The notes: generated by a model from the sequence alone, not told the origin. A stretch of DNA of 64,000 nt from Octopus vulgaris (GCA_951406725.2 OX597819.1:39308001-39372000), one strand, 5' to 3'. Positions 39,902 through 54,157 are shown, numbered from the stretch's first letter. Numbers and translations: made by a program.

Positions 39902-40528
39902 CAATGGTTTCCAGCCTTTTCAATATTTTGCACCCCTAGGATACGTTAGATTAAATTTCACACCCTATTCGAAAGTAATATCGCATATGAAGATAAAAGT
40001 ATCAATTTTCTAATAACGTATTTATTATCCTTTTTTTAATTGAAATACACACAGCACTATGAATGAATGCATTGAGCTTAAACAATAAGTGCATTAAAAT
40101 GCAAATGTAAATTGAGCAGCTGGAAAAAATAACTGTAAGCAGTAAAATGAATCACAAGACATTTTTGTTCCTGCTTCTCATTCATAAATTTAATTAAAAC
40201 GTGGATCTTTCTTATTGACTCGATCCACAGATATGCCTGTGGATTCAGGCGATTTCTAGATTTTGTCTTGATTGACAAAAGAGAACTGAATCCAGATTCA
40301 CGTATATCATTGCAAATGAAATGAGGAAACAGTTCTTAGCCTTAATCCTTTATAGATTGAATCTCCACAAGAAGAATTTTTTCATGTAATTAGTTATTTT
40401 TAAGAGTTAATTAATAATTTTATTCTGAAAAGTGATTTTAATAAATATGTATAAATGTTTCCTCATTTCAGCAAAGTATATATTTTCCCTCCTGAAATAC
40501 CATCTCACACCCCAGGTAGGGAGTTATG
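39902..40528 (-). mobile_element. Non-autonomous hAT remnant
   Basis: CAATGGTTTCCAGCCTTTT terminus; minus-strand ESGFSSLLSIKTKSRNRL (hAT dimerisation domain motif). Confidence 0.6.
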
Positions 40529-40681
40529 CTCCAGGCGATCACTCAACCTGTCAGAAAAAGTACATAAATTACTTTCAAATTATACGATACAAAAGTGAAG
40601 GTTTAACTTCGGCGCAGAATATCTGTTTATCATTGCCTAAATAATAGAACCCATATTTGATAATACATACGTACAATAAAA

Positions 40682-41345
40682 CCACCCGTGATATCAGCCT
40701 ACATATTAAAGAAATAATTCGTGGACTGTACAAGTAAAGTTACTTTCCTCTATTCACAAAGCAAGTTACATAAGAAAAAAGATGGAGTAGGTATAGTTTC
40801 TCCCTTACGGTCAACCTTTGCATTGTTCTACATGGGTAATTAATAAATCACACAAAACAAGAAGGTATAAAGTTTTTAGATACATCAAGTTTATCGGCAA
40901 TAAACTCGTCGTTATGGGATACACGGGAAGATGCCGAAAAATAAAAGAACTTTATTGAAAATGCAACATCCATAACAGCACAAATAAAACTTCTGGCGAA
41001 AAACAGCACCGTCTCTATATCTAGGCATAAACATGATATACATCATATCGTCTACATCAATTAGAGAAATAAATATCAGTATTTATATGGAAAGAGAGAA
41101 TGTCAACGCACATCTATAATGCCAATGGGGAAATCCCTATTAGAAAAGTATTTAGATGTTCTTTCATAATCAATAAACAGTAAATGAAGAAGTCAATAGA
41201 ATAAAACAAAACCTAATCAATAGCGGATATTTACAAACTAGTAAACCAAACCATAGAACAATACAGATACAAATACAAATAACACACGCCACAACTACGT
41301 CATCCTGAAGATGAGACCTCGAAGTCCTTGAAATGTTGAAGACAG
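40682..41345 (+). mobile_element. Highly degenerate, internally deleted Penelope-like element with a 3' HHR-like motif
   Basis: 40682-40840 translates PPVISAYILKK*FVDCTSKVTF...KKKDGVGIVSPLRSTFALFYMG, resembling the PLE RT motif Q.DGV.MGSPLGP.FAN.YM; HHR-like fold at 41299-41343. Confidence 0.6.
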
Positions 41346-41624
41346 GTTTGGGAATTTTACAGTGTCAAGCAAACTGGAAAAAACTCGTACGTAATAATGA
41401 AAGAATAAATAAACAAAATAATGTTAACAGAAAAGCTAGACGTAGTAATGTTTTCAGTACGCCGTGCGCGCGCTTTACCTTTGCCCATATAATACAGTAA
41501 ATGAATTAATTGCATCGCAATTCTTAACATTTATGTATTAACTTTGTTGGGTACTTCACTGGCAGTATATTGGATATATGTTATCCCATGGAGGGTCGCA
41601 TTTACAACCCCTATCTCAATTTGC

Positions 41625-41681
<57 letters not shown>

Positions 41682-41770
41682 ATCCAAACATGAAAACACA
41701 AAGAGAAAACACAACAACGCGAGGACGTGGAACAAATATAGTATTATTGGACGCTCAGGAAAGAAGGAGG

Positions 41771-41805
41771 GTTTAACGTTTCGAGCGGAGCTCTTCGTCA
41801 GAAAC
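41771..41805 (-). ncRNA. Minimal type I hammerhead ribozyme (canonical core) in a 198-bp cassette (41678-41875) flanked by (TA)n
   Basis: GTTT-CTGACGA-A-GAGC tcc GCTC-GAAA-CGTT|AAAC: helix I GTTT/AAAC, helix II of 4 bp, palindromic AACGTT helix III. Confidence 0.8.
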
Positions 41806-41872
41806 ATAGGAAAAGGAAAGATCCAGAGAAGGTAAGACGGAGGAAAACAAATCGCCAACGGTACACACGCGG

Positions 41873-41919
<47 letters not shown>

Positions 41920-42516
41920 ATCCATACGTACATACACATACATACACATACACACACTCACTTCTTTTAAGTAATCACCAAGCGTCTCCTGCTGGATAAG
42001 GGTTGACCTGGGGTTAAAGAACAACAATAACAACAACCATGATATACAAATCATTTGCACTCCATGCTGAGACAATACGATGAGGATTTAATAGAATGTT
42101 TTGCCAACACTTTGCCAACATCAGTTAACTCCATGTCATATATTTCAATGACACCACCCCTAGTTAATTTTCTTTGACAATCTTTACAAGTTTATTTTTC
42201 TCATGTTATCAATTATGAGTTGATGTCATAGATCTGACAATATCACGACTCCACCCCTTAAGGCAATTACTACAGCAGACGAAAAAAAAAAAAAATCAGG
42301 GTGCAGCTGTAGACAGATTAATAAATGTGGAGGAAGAGAAGACATTGCGAGCGAAATGTGTGAAGTATTTTAACAAAACACAATATATACATTCATACAT
42401 ACACACATACACGCCCGCCCGCCCGCAAACGTAATACATACATAAATGAGCTTGTATATACATACATACATACATACACATATACACTCATACACTCACA
42501 CATATATATGCACGAA

Positions 42517-42627
<111 letters not shown>

Positions 42628-42666
42628 ATACGTACACACACACACATATATATGAATACATATGTA

Positions 42667-42752
<86 letters not shown>

Positions 42753-42853
42753 ACACTACATAGATGCATACATACATGCGTATATGTGTTTGTATATATA
42801 TATTCATTTAAGTTTTTTGCGTGAGTGAATGCGTATGGCTATGTATGTCTGAG

Positions 42854-42896
<43 letters not shown>

Positions 42897-43097
42897 ACAC
42901 ACACACACACACATATCTAAGTGTTAACTGAGGTTATTATTTTGAAGCAAGTTTAAGAATAACAATAGAACATTTACTGAAGGTGAGGGGATTCGAATAC
43001 TCAGACTAGAATAAAATCGGTTATAAAATCTGTGTCGACTGGTTGAATAAGCCGTTAGGCAAAACTTAAACTCCCATTCAATACAAATTTTATCATA

Positions 43098-46000
43098 AGT
43101 TTTTGTAGTCATTTTCATACATTTGTCATTCAATTTGATAATCGGGTCAAATAAAGTCGAGAAAAAATATTAGCGCCATGAAGTTAATCATTCAAATTCG
43201 TTTTTCGATCATTCAATTTCGCATTTTGGTCAAAGAATTTAGCATTTATATCATTCAAATTAAAATGCCCGTCGAGAGCATTCAAATTAGTCGGAATGCA
43301 AGGAGGTGTCTTTTCGAGCATTCAAATTTGCACGTGAGCATTCGAGTTCCGAATAAGTTTATTCAATTTAGCACTAATTTTACATGTACTGGCAATCTAA
43401 GAAGGGAATATTAAAAATGACAAATTTAAATGACATATTTTGTCATGCAAATTTTATTATGCTGTTATAGCTACGAGAATGAAATAAATTACGTGATTCT
43501 TCTGTCCCCGGAATTGCCAGATAACTGGAGTGAGGATTTGGAGGTGGTACTATCTAAATGCCGACTGGATGAACTTCAAGATGAACTTAAGAACGTTTAC
43601 GTGTTGATATATGGGAGATTAGACAGGAAAAAGAAAAAGGAACTTGAGAGACGATACGGGGTAATATTAGAGGAATATGTTGAGTTTCATGTATACCAAG
43701 TACTTCAACCGGTGAATCACTTGTGGCTCCCGATAAAAATGTATCACCTAGAAAGCTGGGTGCTGAGTCAGCAAGCAGGAATAGATTACCAAAGAAACCA
43801 AACATAAAAAGAAATATAGAGGTGGCAAGCCAGTGGCGAGTCGCCAAGTAACTCAGCGTCGCCAGAAAGAATGAATTTTGCAGCGGCAGCTGGCAGTAAA
43901 ATAAGGAAGTTAAACACGGAGAAGTTGTACATGTACAAAGACATATCTCACCAAGGAGGGGGCAGAAGTTAAAGTGGGCCCTCCGGAAAGCTTAGCGGAA
44001 GACACTTTGAAACGAACAGTGACATATCATGTTAAGAATAAAAAAATTGACCTCGTACAAGAAAAAGAAATAGAAAAGTGTCTCTAAGCGGTATGGCCAG
44101 ACATTACTTACCTCACAAGAGGTAAGAGGTTCGCGACAGTAGAAGTCAGGATGGAGTCTGCAGAAAAAGCAAGGCTCCATTCGGTGGACCCTCTAAGAAC
44201 GGAAGAGGGGATATTCCTGCCTATTTAGATGGGGAGGAGAACATCCTGAATTAGAATTAACAACATGTCTCCAGAGACTGACGCAGAGTGGTTCGTGGCA
44301 GTTGTGATGCTAGAACTAGAGGAAAAAATCACACTGCTAGAAGCAGTGGCTACCGAGGAGACGAACTGGCAGGGGTAAAGCATAAAAATGACTATCAAGC
44401 CGAGCCCCTGACCTTAGAGGAAATTCCTGAAGTGGTGCAGGTAAGGGAGAACCGACTAATTGTAATGGTTGAAAGTCGGAAACCCAGATGTTTTAACTGC
44501 GGGAAAACAAGGCACATTAGAGCCGAGTGTAACCCCGCTCGAGAGGAGACCAAAGAGAAGGATGAGGCTGCACCAGAAAAGGAAACTACAACGTAGGAGA
44601 GCAGCGGAACTGGAGAAAGCAGTAGCGCAACACCAGTAAGCAACAACGAGAAGGAATGGTCAACAACAGAAAAAATAATAAAACTAACCTCCCCAGTAAA
44701 AACTGAAAAATAAAAGAGACTTTAAAAAAGCCAAAAAACCCCAATAAAAACAACAGGTAAACAAAAGTATTATATGTCGATTCGGAGCTTGAACCAGAGA
44801 CTTATAAGTCGCTTGGCAATCATTTCAAATGTCAAGCGAATTGAAGAAAAATGTATGGATAATATTGCGGTATACTGCATCAACCAAAAAAGTTATAATA
44901 TATTGGCGAATGACCACAGGAAGGATGTAGGCCCTCTGAGGATGGATTTTACACTTCAAATGTGGTGACGCTGATCAGAAAGGACTCGGACAAGAGTGAT
45001 AGCATAGGTAATTTTAGGCCCATCACTCTGCTAAACACATAGTTGAAGATTTTGGCCAAGGTGTTAACAAAAAGATCGGCGCGTGTCGCGGATGGTCTGA
45101 TCGGGGAGGCACAGACATGTGCCGTTCCCGGCAGAAACATCCAGGATAATCTCCTCCTTCTACGCTAAACCTTAGAGGAATTCGATAGTAAATCTGGCGA
45201 GGGTGGTGCACTGGTCCCTTTAGACCAAGCTAAAGCGTTCGATAGGTTTGACCATCATTACCTGGAGTCTGTTCTTGTAAGGTTCGGACTAGGTCTTGGC
45301 TTCCTTGGGAGGATCATTCAACTGCACGACAACATCGACTCGATTGTTCAGGTGAACGGTTTTCTTTCAAAGCCGTTCTGCATCAAACGTTCGGTTCGCC
45401 AAGGATGTCCGCTCTGCCACTTTTGTATGTGATGGCTCTTTAGCCGTTACTGCGAAAGTTGAGTGGCATCCTGAGGGAGCAAGTTTTTGGAAGATCGGTT
45501 TCAGCATACGCGGATGACATCACCATCATCGTGACTAAGATGGAACAACTATAGAGGGTATGTGAAACCATTAAGGTTTACAAGTCGGTAGCAGAAGCAA
45601 AAATTAATCGGGAAAAATCAGTCGGCTTGCAACTCGGCACCTAGAGAGGCAAGTCGATGCCTTCGGATAGCGCCGTGGGACGTTGGACGGAGGGCCCAGT
45701 TAAGTTGCTAGGAGTCTGGTTTGGCTCAGATCTCCAGGTAGAAAAGAACTGGGGTGAGGTATCGAGCAAGGTGACCCACATAGGTCTTAGCGGTGGCTAT
45801 CCGTGAAAAGGAGGGCGGAAGTGGCCAATGTGTTTATCACATCGGCCATAATCTATTGCCTAACCATCGTTCCTTGCCCGGATTCGTGGTTGAGCAAGTT
45901 GGAGAGACAGATCTTCCGCTTCTTGTGGAAGGGCTCGACTCCACTTGTGAGGCGTTCTGTCTGCTGTCAAAATCCGTTAAAGGGTGGACTAGGGATGCCT

Positions 46001-47260
46001 TGGCTGTTGATGCACTGAGGTTGAGGCATCTCTGGCTCCTCCTGGATGGTGAACGGGTGTGGTCTCCGCTGGCGAAACAGATGTTTCCCAAGTTCACTAG
46101 TTTTGATGGACGGGAAAACTGGTTACGTCGAAGATCGAAGTTGGGTACGTGGTACACCGAATGCCCATCGGTCTGTCCAAGATGCGAGCAGGAGAGGGAA
46201 GTTGTCCTGCACGCTATTGTTCAGTGTCCGGAGGTGTCAGAAGTGTGGACTTATGCAGAACACCTGTTGTCTGATACAAGAAGAGTACAGCTGCCTGAAA
46301 ATCCTCCCTCCCTACTCGCCGTTTCTTAATTGTACGGAAATAGTACATTCTGCCTTTAAGGCGGCTGTCAAGTGGGACCTCGCTCGAGCTGAGTTGCGGC
46401 AAAGGGTTGGAGAACCGGGAAGCTGCAGAAGAAGCCAGCATGACCATGGAAGAACGGCGAGCACATGCTATACAACAGGTCGCAAGTCGTAACATCGACG
46501 CTATCACTCCAGAAAATTGTGTTCGTTGGTACAGTTACACCTAGATCTACCTCCCGTGATGCCTCGACCGCCAGGAAATAGAGGACTAAGTCCTCTCAAA
46601 CGAACTCTCCTTATCAAGACTGTAAATCAGTAATTATCTGTGTACATAGAACACTTTCTCCGATGAAAGAAAGAATGCAAAATCAAAGAAATATATACTT
46701 TTCCCAACAAGACATCTCATGCAAAGGAAGAACACATATCACAGCATAATGTATTCAGAATCAAAGCAAATGAGCATTTGTTGTAATTGTGAGTTTCTTT
46801 AAAAAGACTGAAAAGGCTGGAATGCGATTTCCTGACGTCTTTAACAATAAATAGATGTACCTATGCAAAAATAAAAGAACGCATAGAAAAGACATGGAAA
46901 CATTGGAGTGCTTAAAGCATAAACAATGGATGAAAACACATGACTATGGTAACAATGATCATGAGATAAAATCAAAACAGCTATCGTGCTAATTTGATTG
47001 CTCGAAGTGTTAAATAGATTGCTCCGAAACGAATTTGAATGCTCGAAAATACGCTTCCTCGCATTCCGACTAATTCGAATGCTCTCGACGGGCATTTTAA
47101 TTTGAATAATGTAAATGCTTAATTCTTTGACCGAAGTGTGAAATTGAATGATCGAAAAACGAATTTGAATGACTAACTTCAAGGCGCTAATTTTTTCGCG
47201 ACTTTATATGACCCGATTATCAAACTGAATGACAAACGCACGAAAATGACTGCAAAAATC
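43098..47260. mobile_element. Long-TIR (about 230 bp) Tc1/mariner-superfamily element enclosing the LINE
   Basis: 43098-43330 is the reverse complement of about 47030-47260; TA at 43096-97 and 47261-62; transposase C-terminal remnant ILPPYSPFLNCTE..HSAFKAAV at about 46300-46590. Confidence 0.8.
43440..46295 (+). mobile_element. Same L1/Tx1-like LINE family, internally deleted (ORF1 zinc knuckle plus RT remnants)
   Basis: PRCFNCGKTRHIRAEC (CCHC knuckle); NFRPITLLN, LDQAKAFDR, VRQGCPL, SAYADDIT RT motifs; CPRCEQ.REVVLHAIVQC. Confidence 0.85.
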
Positions 47261-47281
47261 TATATTATTTATCTATATCTG

Positions 47282-47750
47282 CAGGGTGACTGAAAAGTAA
47301 GTCCTTATCTCAAAATACTTATAAATTATTTATTAATTGTAATTTTTAGAAAACTAAATGGATATGAGAGGAAAGCTTTTAGTATGAGGTTTTATTTAAA
47401 ATTCGATATGGGCTCCAGATATCGCCACTAGCTTCTTGTGTCGCCCAGAAATTGCGTCAACTAATTTCACCAGGAAATCTTGTGGGATGGAAGACATAAC
47501 TTCTCGTATTCGCCCTTCAAAGTCTTTGGTTTGGTACAGTAGATTTGTTCCCTTAACAAATCCCATAGAAAGAAGTCACAGGGTGTTAAGTTGGGACTCC
47601 TGCCTGGCCACTCATGCGGGACACGACAACCCATCCATCTCCCGAGAAAGTGGGCATTCAGCTATTCATGAATGACAAGAGCAATACCATTACAGATTAA
47701 ATTCTCATACTTCAAAAAACCAAAAAAAATTGAGAAAAAAATTACAATTA
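47282..47750 (-). mobile_element. Tc1/mariner (rosa-like) degenerate fragment
   Basis: CAGGGTG terminus; minus-strand WPG..SPNLTPCDFFLWGFVK motif. Confidence 0.65.
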
Positions 47751-47759
47751 ATAAATATA

Positions 47760-48167
47760 GGCGCAGGACTGGCTGTGTGGTAAGTAGCTTGCTTACCAAC
47801 CACATGGTTCCGAGTTCAGTCCCACTGCGTGGCACCGTGGGCAAGTGTCTTCTACTATAGCCTCGGGCCGACCAAAGCCTTGTGAGTGGATTTGGTAGAC
47901 GGAAACTGAAACAAGTCCGTCGTATATATGTATAATGGTGTATGTATGTGTGTGTGTGCTTTTGTTTGCCCCCCACACCCAACATCGCTTGACAACCGAT
48001 GCTGGTGTGTTTACGTCCCCGTAACATAGCGGTTCGGCAAAAGAGACCGATAGAATAAGTACTGGGCTTACAAAGAATAAATCCTGGGGTCGATTTGCTC
48101 GACTAAAGGTGGCGCTCCAGCATGGCCGCAGTCAAATGACTGAAACAAGTAAAAGAGTAAAGAGTAA
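47760..48167 (+). mobile_element. SINE family A, full length (tRNA-like head, CORE-like block, internal microsatellite, stem-loop 3' tail)
   Basis: Box A TGGCTGTGTGG and box B GAGTTCAGTCCC; GTGGCACC.TGGGCAAGTG; tail GGCGCTCCAGCATGGCCGCAGTCAAATGACTGAAACAAGTAAAAGAG. At least 15 further full or partial copies, e.g. 1-227, 880-1085, 6425-6805, 9615-9835, 16220-16560, 18690-18880, 48235-48500. Confidence 0.9.
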
Positions 48168-49275
48168 ATAATATATAAGTATTTTAAAAGAGGGAGTTAT
48201 TTCTCAGTCACTCTGTATATAGTTAGCTTTATCTTTTATCTTTTACTTGATTCAGTCATTCATTGGACTGTGGCCATGCTGGGGCACCACCTTGAAGATT
48301 TTTTTGTCGAATAAATCTCTCCTCAGTAATTATTTTGAAGTCTAGTATCTGCCTCTTCTACTGAATAAGTTACGGGGTTGTAAATAAACTAACACCGATT
48401 GTCAAGCGGTGGAGGAGGACAAGCACAACACAAAACAAAGACACATACACACACACACATTTATACCAGGCTTCTTCCAGTTTCTGTCTACCAAATGTAG
48501 TTATAAGGCTTATACGTAAATTGTAATTAAGTTTATGTTCATAAATTAAACATAATTTTTACAAGGCTAAATCATTGGGCCCTGCCGAATGAACTGAAAA
48601 AAACTTGGCTAGTGTCACCTGGTCATTGCTCGCTCATCAGGACTGCTTACTTTATTTGCTTTGCAGAGAGAGAGAGAGGGGGAAGGGAGGGAGGGAGGGA
48701 GAGGGGGAAGGGAGGGAGGGAGAGGGTGGAATAAAGAGAGAGAGAGAGTGTGGGAGAGAAAGAGAGAGAGTAAGAGAGGGAGAGAGGGAGAGTAAGAGAA
48801 AGAGAGAGAGTAGCCAAAAGATGAGAACGGGTTAGGATTTTACTCATCGTCTACTCATAAACTGATTTTACCTAATTGCATTCTTCATTAGCGATATGAT
48901 TGATTGATTATCTAAAGTATTGCGCCAAAGTATGTTTAGTTAAGTTTGTAAATAGATTACCAAACGCTTATTTGTTATTTATTAACCGTATGCAATGTAT
49001 ATTCATTCAGAACTAACGTTAAATTTTATTCATACAAGGCGCAGGCGTAGCTGTGTTGTTTTTATGTTTTCGTTTCTTATTGTGTTCAACGTTTTTTTGA
49101 TGTCCTGTACCCATATATGCATGTATATATAAATATAGGTGTAGGTATGTACATATATGTATGTATATATGCATATATTTATATATTATTAATAATATTA
49201 TATATTATGCATATATTTATATATTATTTATATTATTATATGATCGAACGCCACGCATACTTTTCCAGGTAAGTT

Positions 49276-49355
<80 letters not shown>

Positions 49356-49358
49356 TTT

Positions 49359-49439
<81 letters not shown>

Positions 49440-49442
49440 TTG

Positions 49443-49533
<91 letters not shown>

Positions 49534-49707
49534 GTGAATAGCGAGTAGAACCTCAGAAATAGTAAATATCCAAGCGAGGTGTATACTGCAGGCTACTCTT
49601 CAGGCCAAGGATATCTTGATTAAATGAAAGTTTACGATCGAATCTTCCATATGTTACCATGTACAGCCTTGCAACAATGTAAACTTTCATTTAATCAAGA
49701 TATCTTT

Positions 49708-49791
49708 GGCCTGAAGAGCAGCCTGCGGTATACACCTCGCTTGGATATTTACCAATTCTGAGGTTCCGCTCGCTATGAAACATGTGTAGCC
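49708..49791 (+). ncRNA. Type I hammerhead with extended helix II
   Basis: GGC-CTGAAGA-[GCAGC..GCGG..ACCTC..TTGG loop CCAA..GAGGT.CCGC..GCTAT]-GAAAC atgt GTA|GCC. Confidence 0.72.
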
Positions 49792-49826
49792 CGGATCGTA
49801 TCTACTCCATTCCTTAACTCTTGTAA

Positions 49827-49861
<35 letters not shown>

Positions 49862-50224
49862 ACCGGTTTTGGTGTGTTTACGTGATGTTGTTGATAAACC
49901 ATGTTCTTTGTCTATCTACTTATCCTCTTGGTGATTTTGGATAAAAAAAAAATTATACAACTGAGTTCTTCGAATTTAACTGAATTCTATATTTTTATGC
50001 AACTGAAGATTGCTCTACATTTTAAATTGATGTAATTTTTGCATTGTTCAATTAAATGGAGTCGCATGAAACGATCGTACTGCATTATCTCTGGATATCC
50101 TTGTTGCTTATTTTGATTATAATCACCCCGTTTTGAATTATATGGATAATACCATACTAAATTCTGGTGCCTTTATCTTAAGTACCATATTCATCTGAAT
50201 CTATATATATATATGTATATATAT

Positions 50225-50600
50225 ACTCTTTTAAACGTTTCAGTCATTTGACTGCGACCATGCTGGAGCACCGCCTTTAGTCGAACAAATCGACGCAACG
50301 ACTTATTCTTTGTAAGCCTAGTACGTATTTTATCGGTGTCTTTTGCTGTACCGCTAAGTTTCGGGGATATAAACACACCAACATCTGTTGTCAAGCGATG
50401 GTGGAAACACAAACACAAAGACACACACGCATAAATATATATACATGTATATATATACACGACGGGCTTCTTTCAATTTCCGTCTACCAAATTCACTCAG
50501 AAGGCTTTGGTCGACCCGAGGCTATAGAAGACACTCGCCCAAGGTGCCACGCAGTGGGACTGAACCCGAAACCATGTGCTTGGGAAGCATGCTTCTTACC
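50225..50600 (-). mobile_element. SINE family A
   Basis: Reverse complement of the family A sequence. Confidence 0.85.
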
Positions 50601-51673
50601 ACACAGCCACGCCCGCACCTATACACACACACACTTATATATACATATATATATATATATATCTGTATGGGTATGTATATATATATATATACATACACAT
50701 CTCTAAGGATTCCGTGTAACTGGTTTCTGACACTTATATGAGATTAGACATGTATTATTCAGTATCATCCTCCACCGCCCCACACACAGATATACAGCAA
50801 ATACTGAGTCCTGACGGTTGAGCTTGGAGTCTAATACACTATTCAACTGGTCACTTCGTCTTCACCATTTCTATCTGTTACTTTAGTCTCCCTTGCTAAT
50901 AACTGTCCATCGGGTCATATAATGACCAGCTGATCGTCCATTTGATGGGTCTTTCGAGGATCATAGAGCTCAATCCTTTGTATATAATATCACTTACACA
51001 ACAGGACATGTAAATGTTTGATGGTGGTGGAGGTGGTAGAGTAGGGGAGGTACAGCTCTGTTCTTCTCTCTCTTAGTCTCTCCCTTTCTTTTTGTCTTTC
51101 TCTCTCTCCCCCCTCTCTCTCTCTCTTTCTCTGTGTGTGCATGTACATGTGTGCGCGTGTGGATTTTCTTGTTTCCTCATGTTGTGCTGTGTGCATTTCT
51201 CTTTCATATTTTCAATACTTTCTACACAAACACACATGCACGTACATGTTCATAAAGACATATGCACCCAAGCGTGCATATACACACAGAGTTTCACACA
51301 CGCACGCACATACACATACGCACACGCGCGCACATATGCACACACAAATATATACATTCGCACATGCGTACACAGCACATGTACACACAGAGAAAAACCA
51401 TCATGCTGACACATAGTTGTGCGCATGCAATAACCTATAGGTGAACACACCCGTGCATTCCCGATCAATAAGGGACTCCCACCCGCACATGGATTCGTCG
51501 CGACTCTGACACGTGTACGTGTACCCCACACGCAGGTAAGGTGTCTCATACATCCGAATTTAGTGACAACACTCAGACACCCACATCCGTTTATCGCGAC
51601 ACAACAGGCTGATGGATAGACAGATATAGACAGATGGATAGATAGAGAGATAGACATATAGATAGGTACAGAT

Positions 51674-51714
<41 letters not shown>

Positions 51715-51715
51715 C

Positions 51716-51750
<35 letters not shown>

Positions 51751-52044
51751 TAAATAGATAGATAGATAGATAGACAGACAGCCAGACAGATAGATAGACA
51801 GACAGACAGACAGATAGATAGATAGATAAACAGACAGAGATATGCAAATGGATAGCTAGATAGAAGGATGGATAGATTAATACATAGATATATGTATATA
51901 TATATATATATTTATATGTACATACATATGTATATATTTATGTATATGTATCAGCCTGTCTGTCTGTCTATCTAAATATGTATTATACATGTACGCATGT
52001 ATACATATATACATACAGACACACACGCACACACACACACACAC

Positions 52045-52101
<57 letters not shown>

Positions 52102-52198
52102 CAATATAGGGTGGCAAGGAAAATTTTGTAGAATTTTTTTGCCACCAGCGGCCCAGTGGGAAAAAATTAAATAGTCATAGACCATTTTTAAGTTCAAC

Positions 52199-52569
52199 AT
52201 TAACAATTAAGGAACGGCCATAATAGGCCATTCACCCACTAGAAATAACAGCCAAAGCTTCTACCGCAAATAAAGATCAATTCCGTAAACAGGAGAAAAT
52301 TAAAAAAACATTTACCCTGTAATTTCTTGTACGGTATACCGTTTCATCTGCTGTTTAATGGTAAACTAACCTGATTAAATTAAATTAATTTAATCAGGTT
52401 AGTTTACCATTAAACAGCAGATGAAACGGTATACCGTACAAGAAATTACAGGGTAAATGTTTTTTTAATTTTCTCCTGTTTACGGAATTGATCTTTATTT
52501 GCGGTAGAAGCTTTGGCTGTTATTTCTAGTGGGTGAATGGCCTATTATGGCCGTTCCTTAATTGTTAAT
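52199..52569. repeat. Perfect palindrome, 185-bp arms, 1-nt spacer at 52384
   Basis: Arms are exact reverse complements as read by eye. Confidence 0.92.
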
Positions 52570-52591
52570 ATATATATATATATACATATAT

Positions 52592-52652
<61 letters not shown>

Positions 52653-53005
52653 CAGATTAACAAAATGCCGGACAACTATATAGATGTCATGCTGAAAATA
52701 AAACAATAAAAAAAACCAAGTAAATAAAACAAACAATCAAGGCACGAACTGTCAGACATATACATCCGTACTGCAACAATCGGGATGAAGACGATAATTC
52801 CACACAGGTAACTTGCAAACTTTACATCAAAGTTAAGAGCAGACCTGCATTTGACATACATACATACATATATACATACATACACACACACAAATATACA
52901 TACACACATACATACATACACACATACATACATACATACATACATACATACATACATACATACATACACACACCCAGATATACATACATACATACATACA
53001 CACAT

Positions 53006-53049
<44 letters not shown>

Positions 53050-53449
53050 TGCATATATTTATATGTATGTATACATATGCACGCATTCACACACTCACAA
53101 CAGCAACAACAACAAAACTATTTTAATGACCACCCTCCGAGGAGAGTGAAAAATTTTTTACTGAAAAAAAAAAAAAAACAGAAACGAAAAATTAAAAAAA
53201 TTAAAAAAACAAACAAACGAAAAATACAACAAAAATGAAAAGAAAAAAAAATCATGAACATGTCGTTGCATCATATCCATTTCCTGGCCCCTCACCAACC
53301 CCCTTTATTTGTTTGCACCCACACCGTTTGTGCATGTCCTTTCATACACTGTATTCTTCGCCATGCATGTATAAACTCCTCCCCTGTATTTTACTGTTTC
53401 TCCACCCTTCTTCCTTATTACAAGGGACGGCTGACGTTCGAAATAACAG

Positions 53450-53494
<45 letters not shown>

Positions 53495-54011
53495 TATATA
53501 TATATATATTTATGTTCTTAGACGCACGTATGCACTCGTATACAAATGCATATATTCATACCAATTTTTTGAAGTTTATTTGTTCCGAAAAAAAATTCAT
53601 TTTACTTTATTTGGATGCAGAAGAAGGGGCAGGAAAGACACTCTCTTTGTCTCTCTCACACACACATACACTCATAGTCTCTTTCTCTCTCTCTCCTCTC
53701 TCACGCATACATATATATATATACACACACACAGAACAAGGAAAGAAAGCAAAAAAACGATTAGCGCCTGAGGAGTCAAACGCTGATAGCTTGGCGAGCA
53801 CGCGCCACGATACAACACGTTCTGTGCTACAGGAGTTCCAGGATGAAGGAATAGCGGAATGAATAAATAGATAAATACATCATTAGGTAACTTAGACAAC
53901 AACAACAACAACAACAAATATAGTAACAACAACAACAATTCCTGATAACTCTGATAATTACAATGACGATAACAATGATAACAATTACAATGAAAAGACA
54001 ATGAAACTTTT

Positions 54012-54085
<74 letters not shown>

Positions 54086-54104
54086 ACTACTACTACTACT
54101 ACTT

Positions 54105-54156
<52 letters not shown>

Positions 54157-54157
54157 A

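Noticed and set aside
52410-52465. HHR-like string CAGATGA-A-ACGG tata CCGT-ACAA-GAAA-TTAC agg GTAA in the perfect palindrome
   Set aside because: Core mismatch, 4 extra nt before GAAA and no NUH triplet; may be chance.
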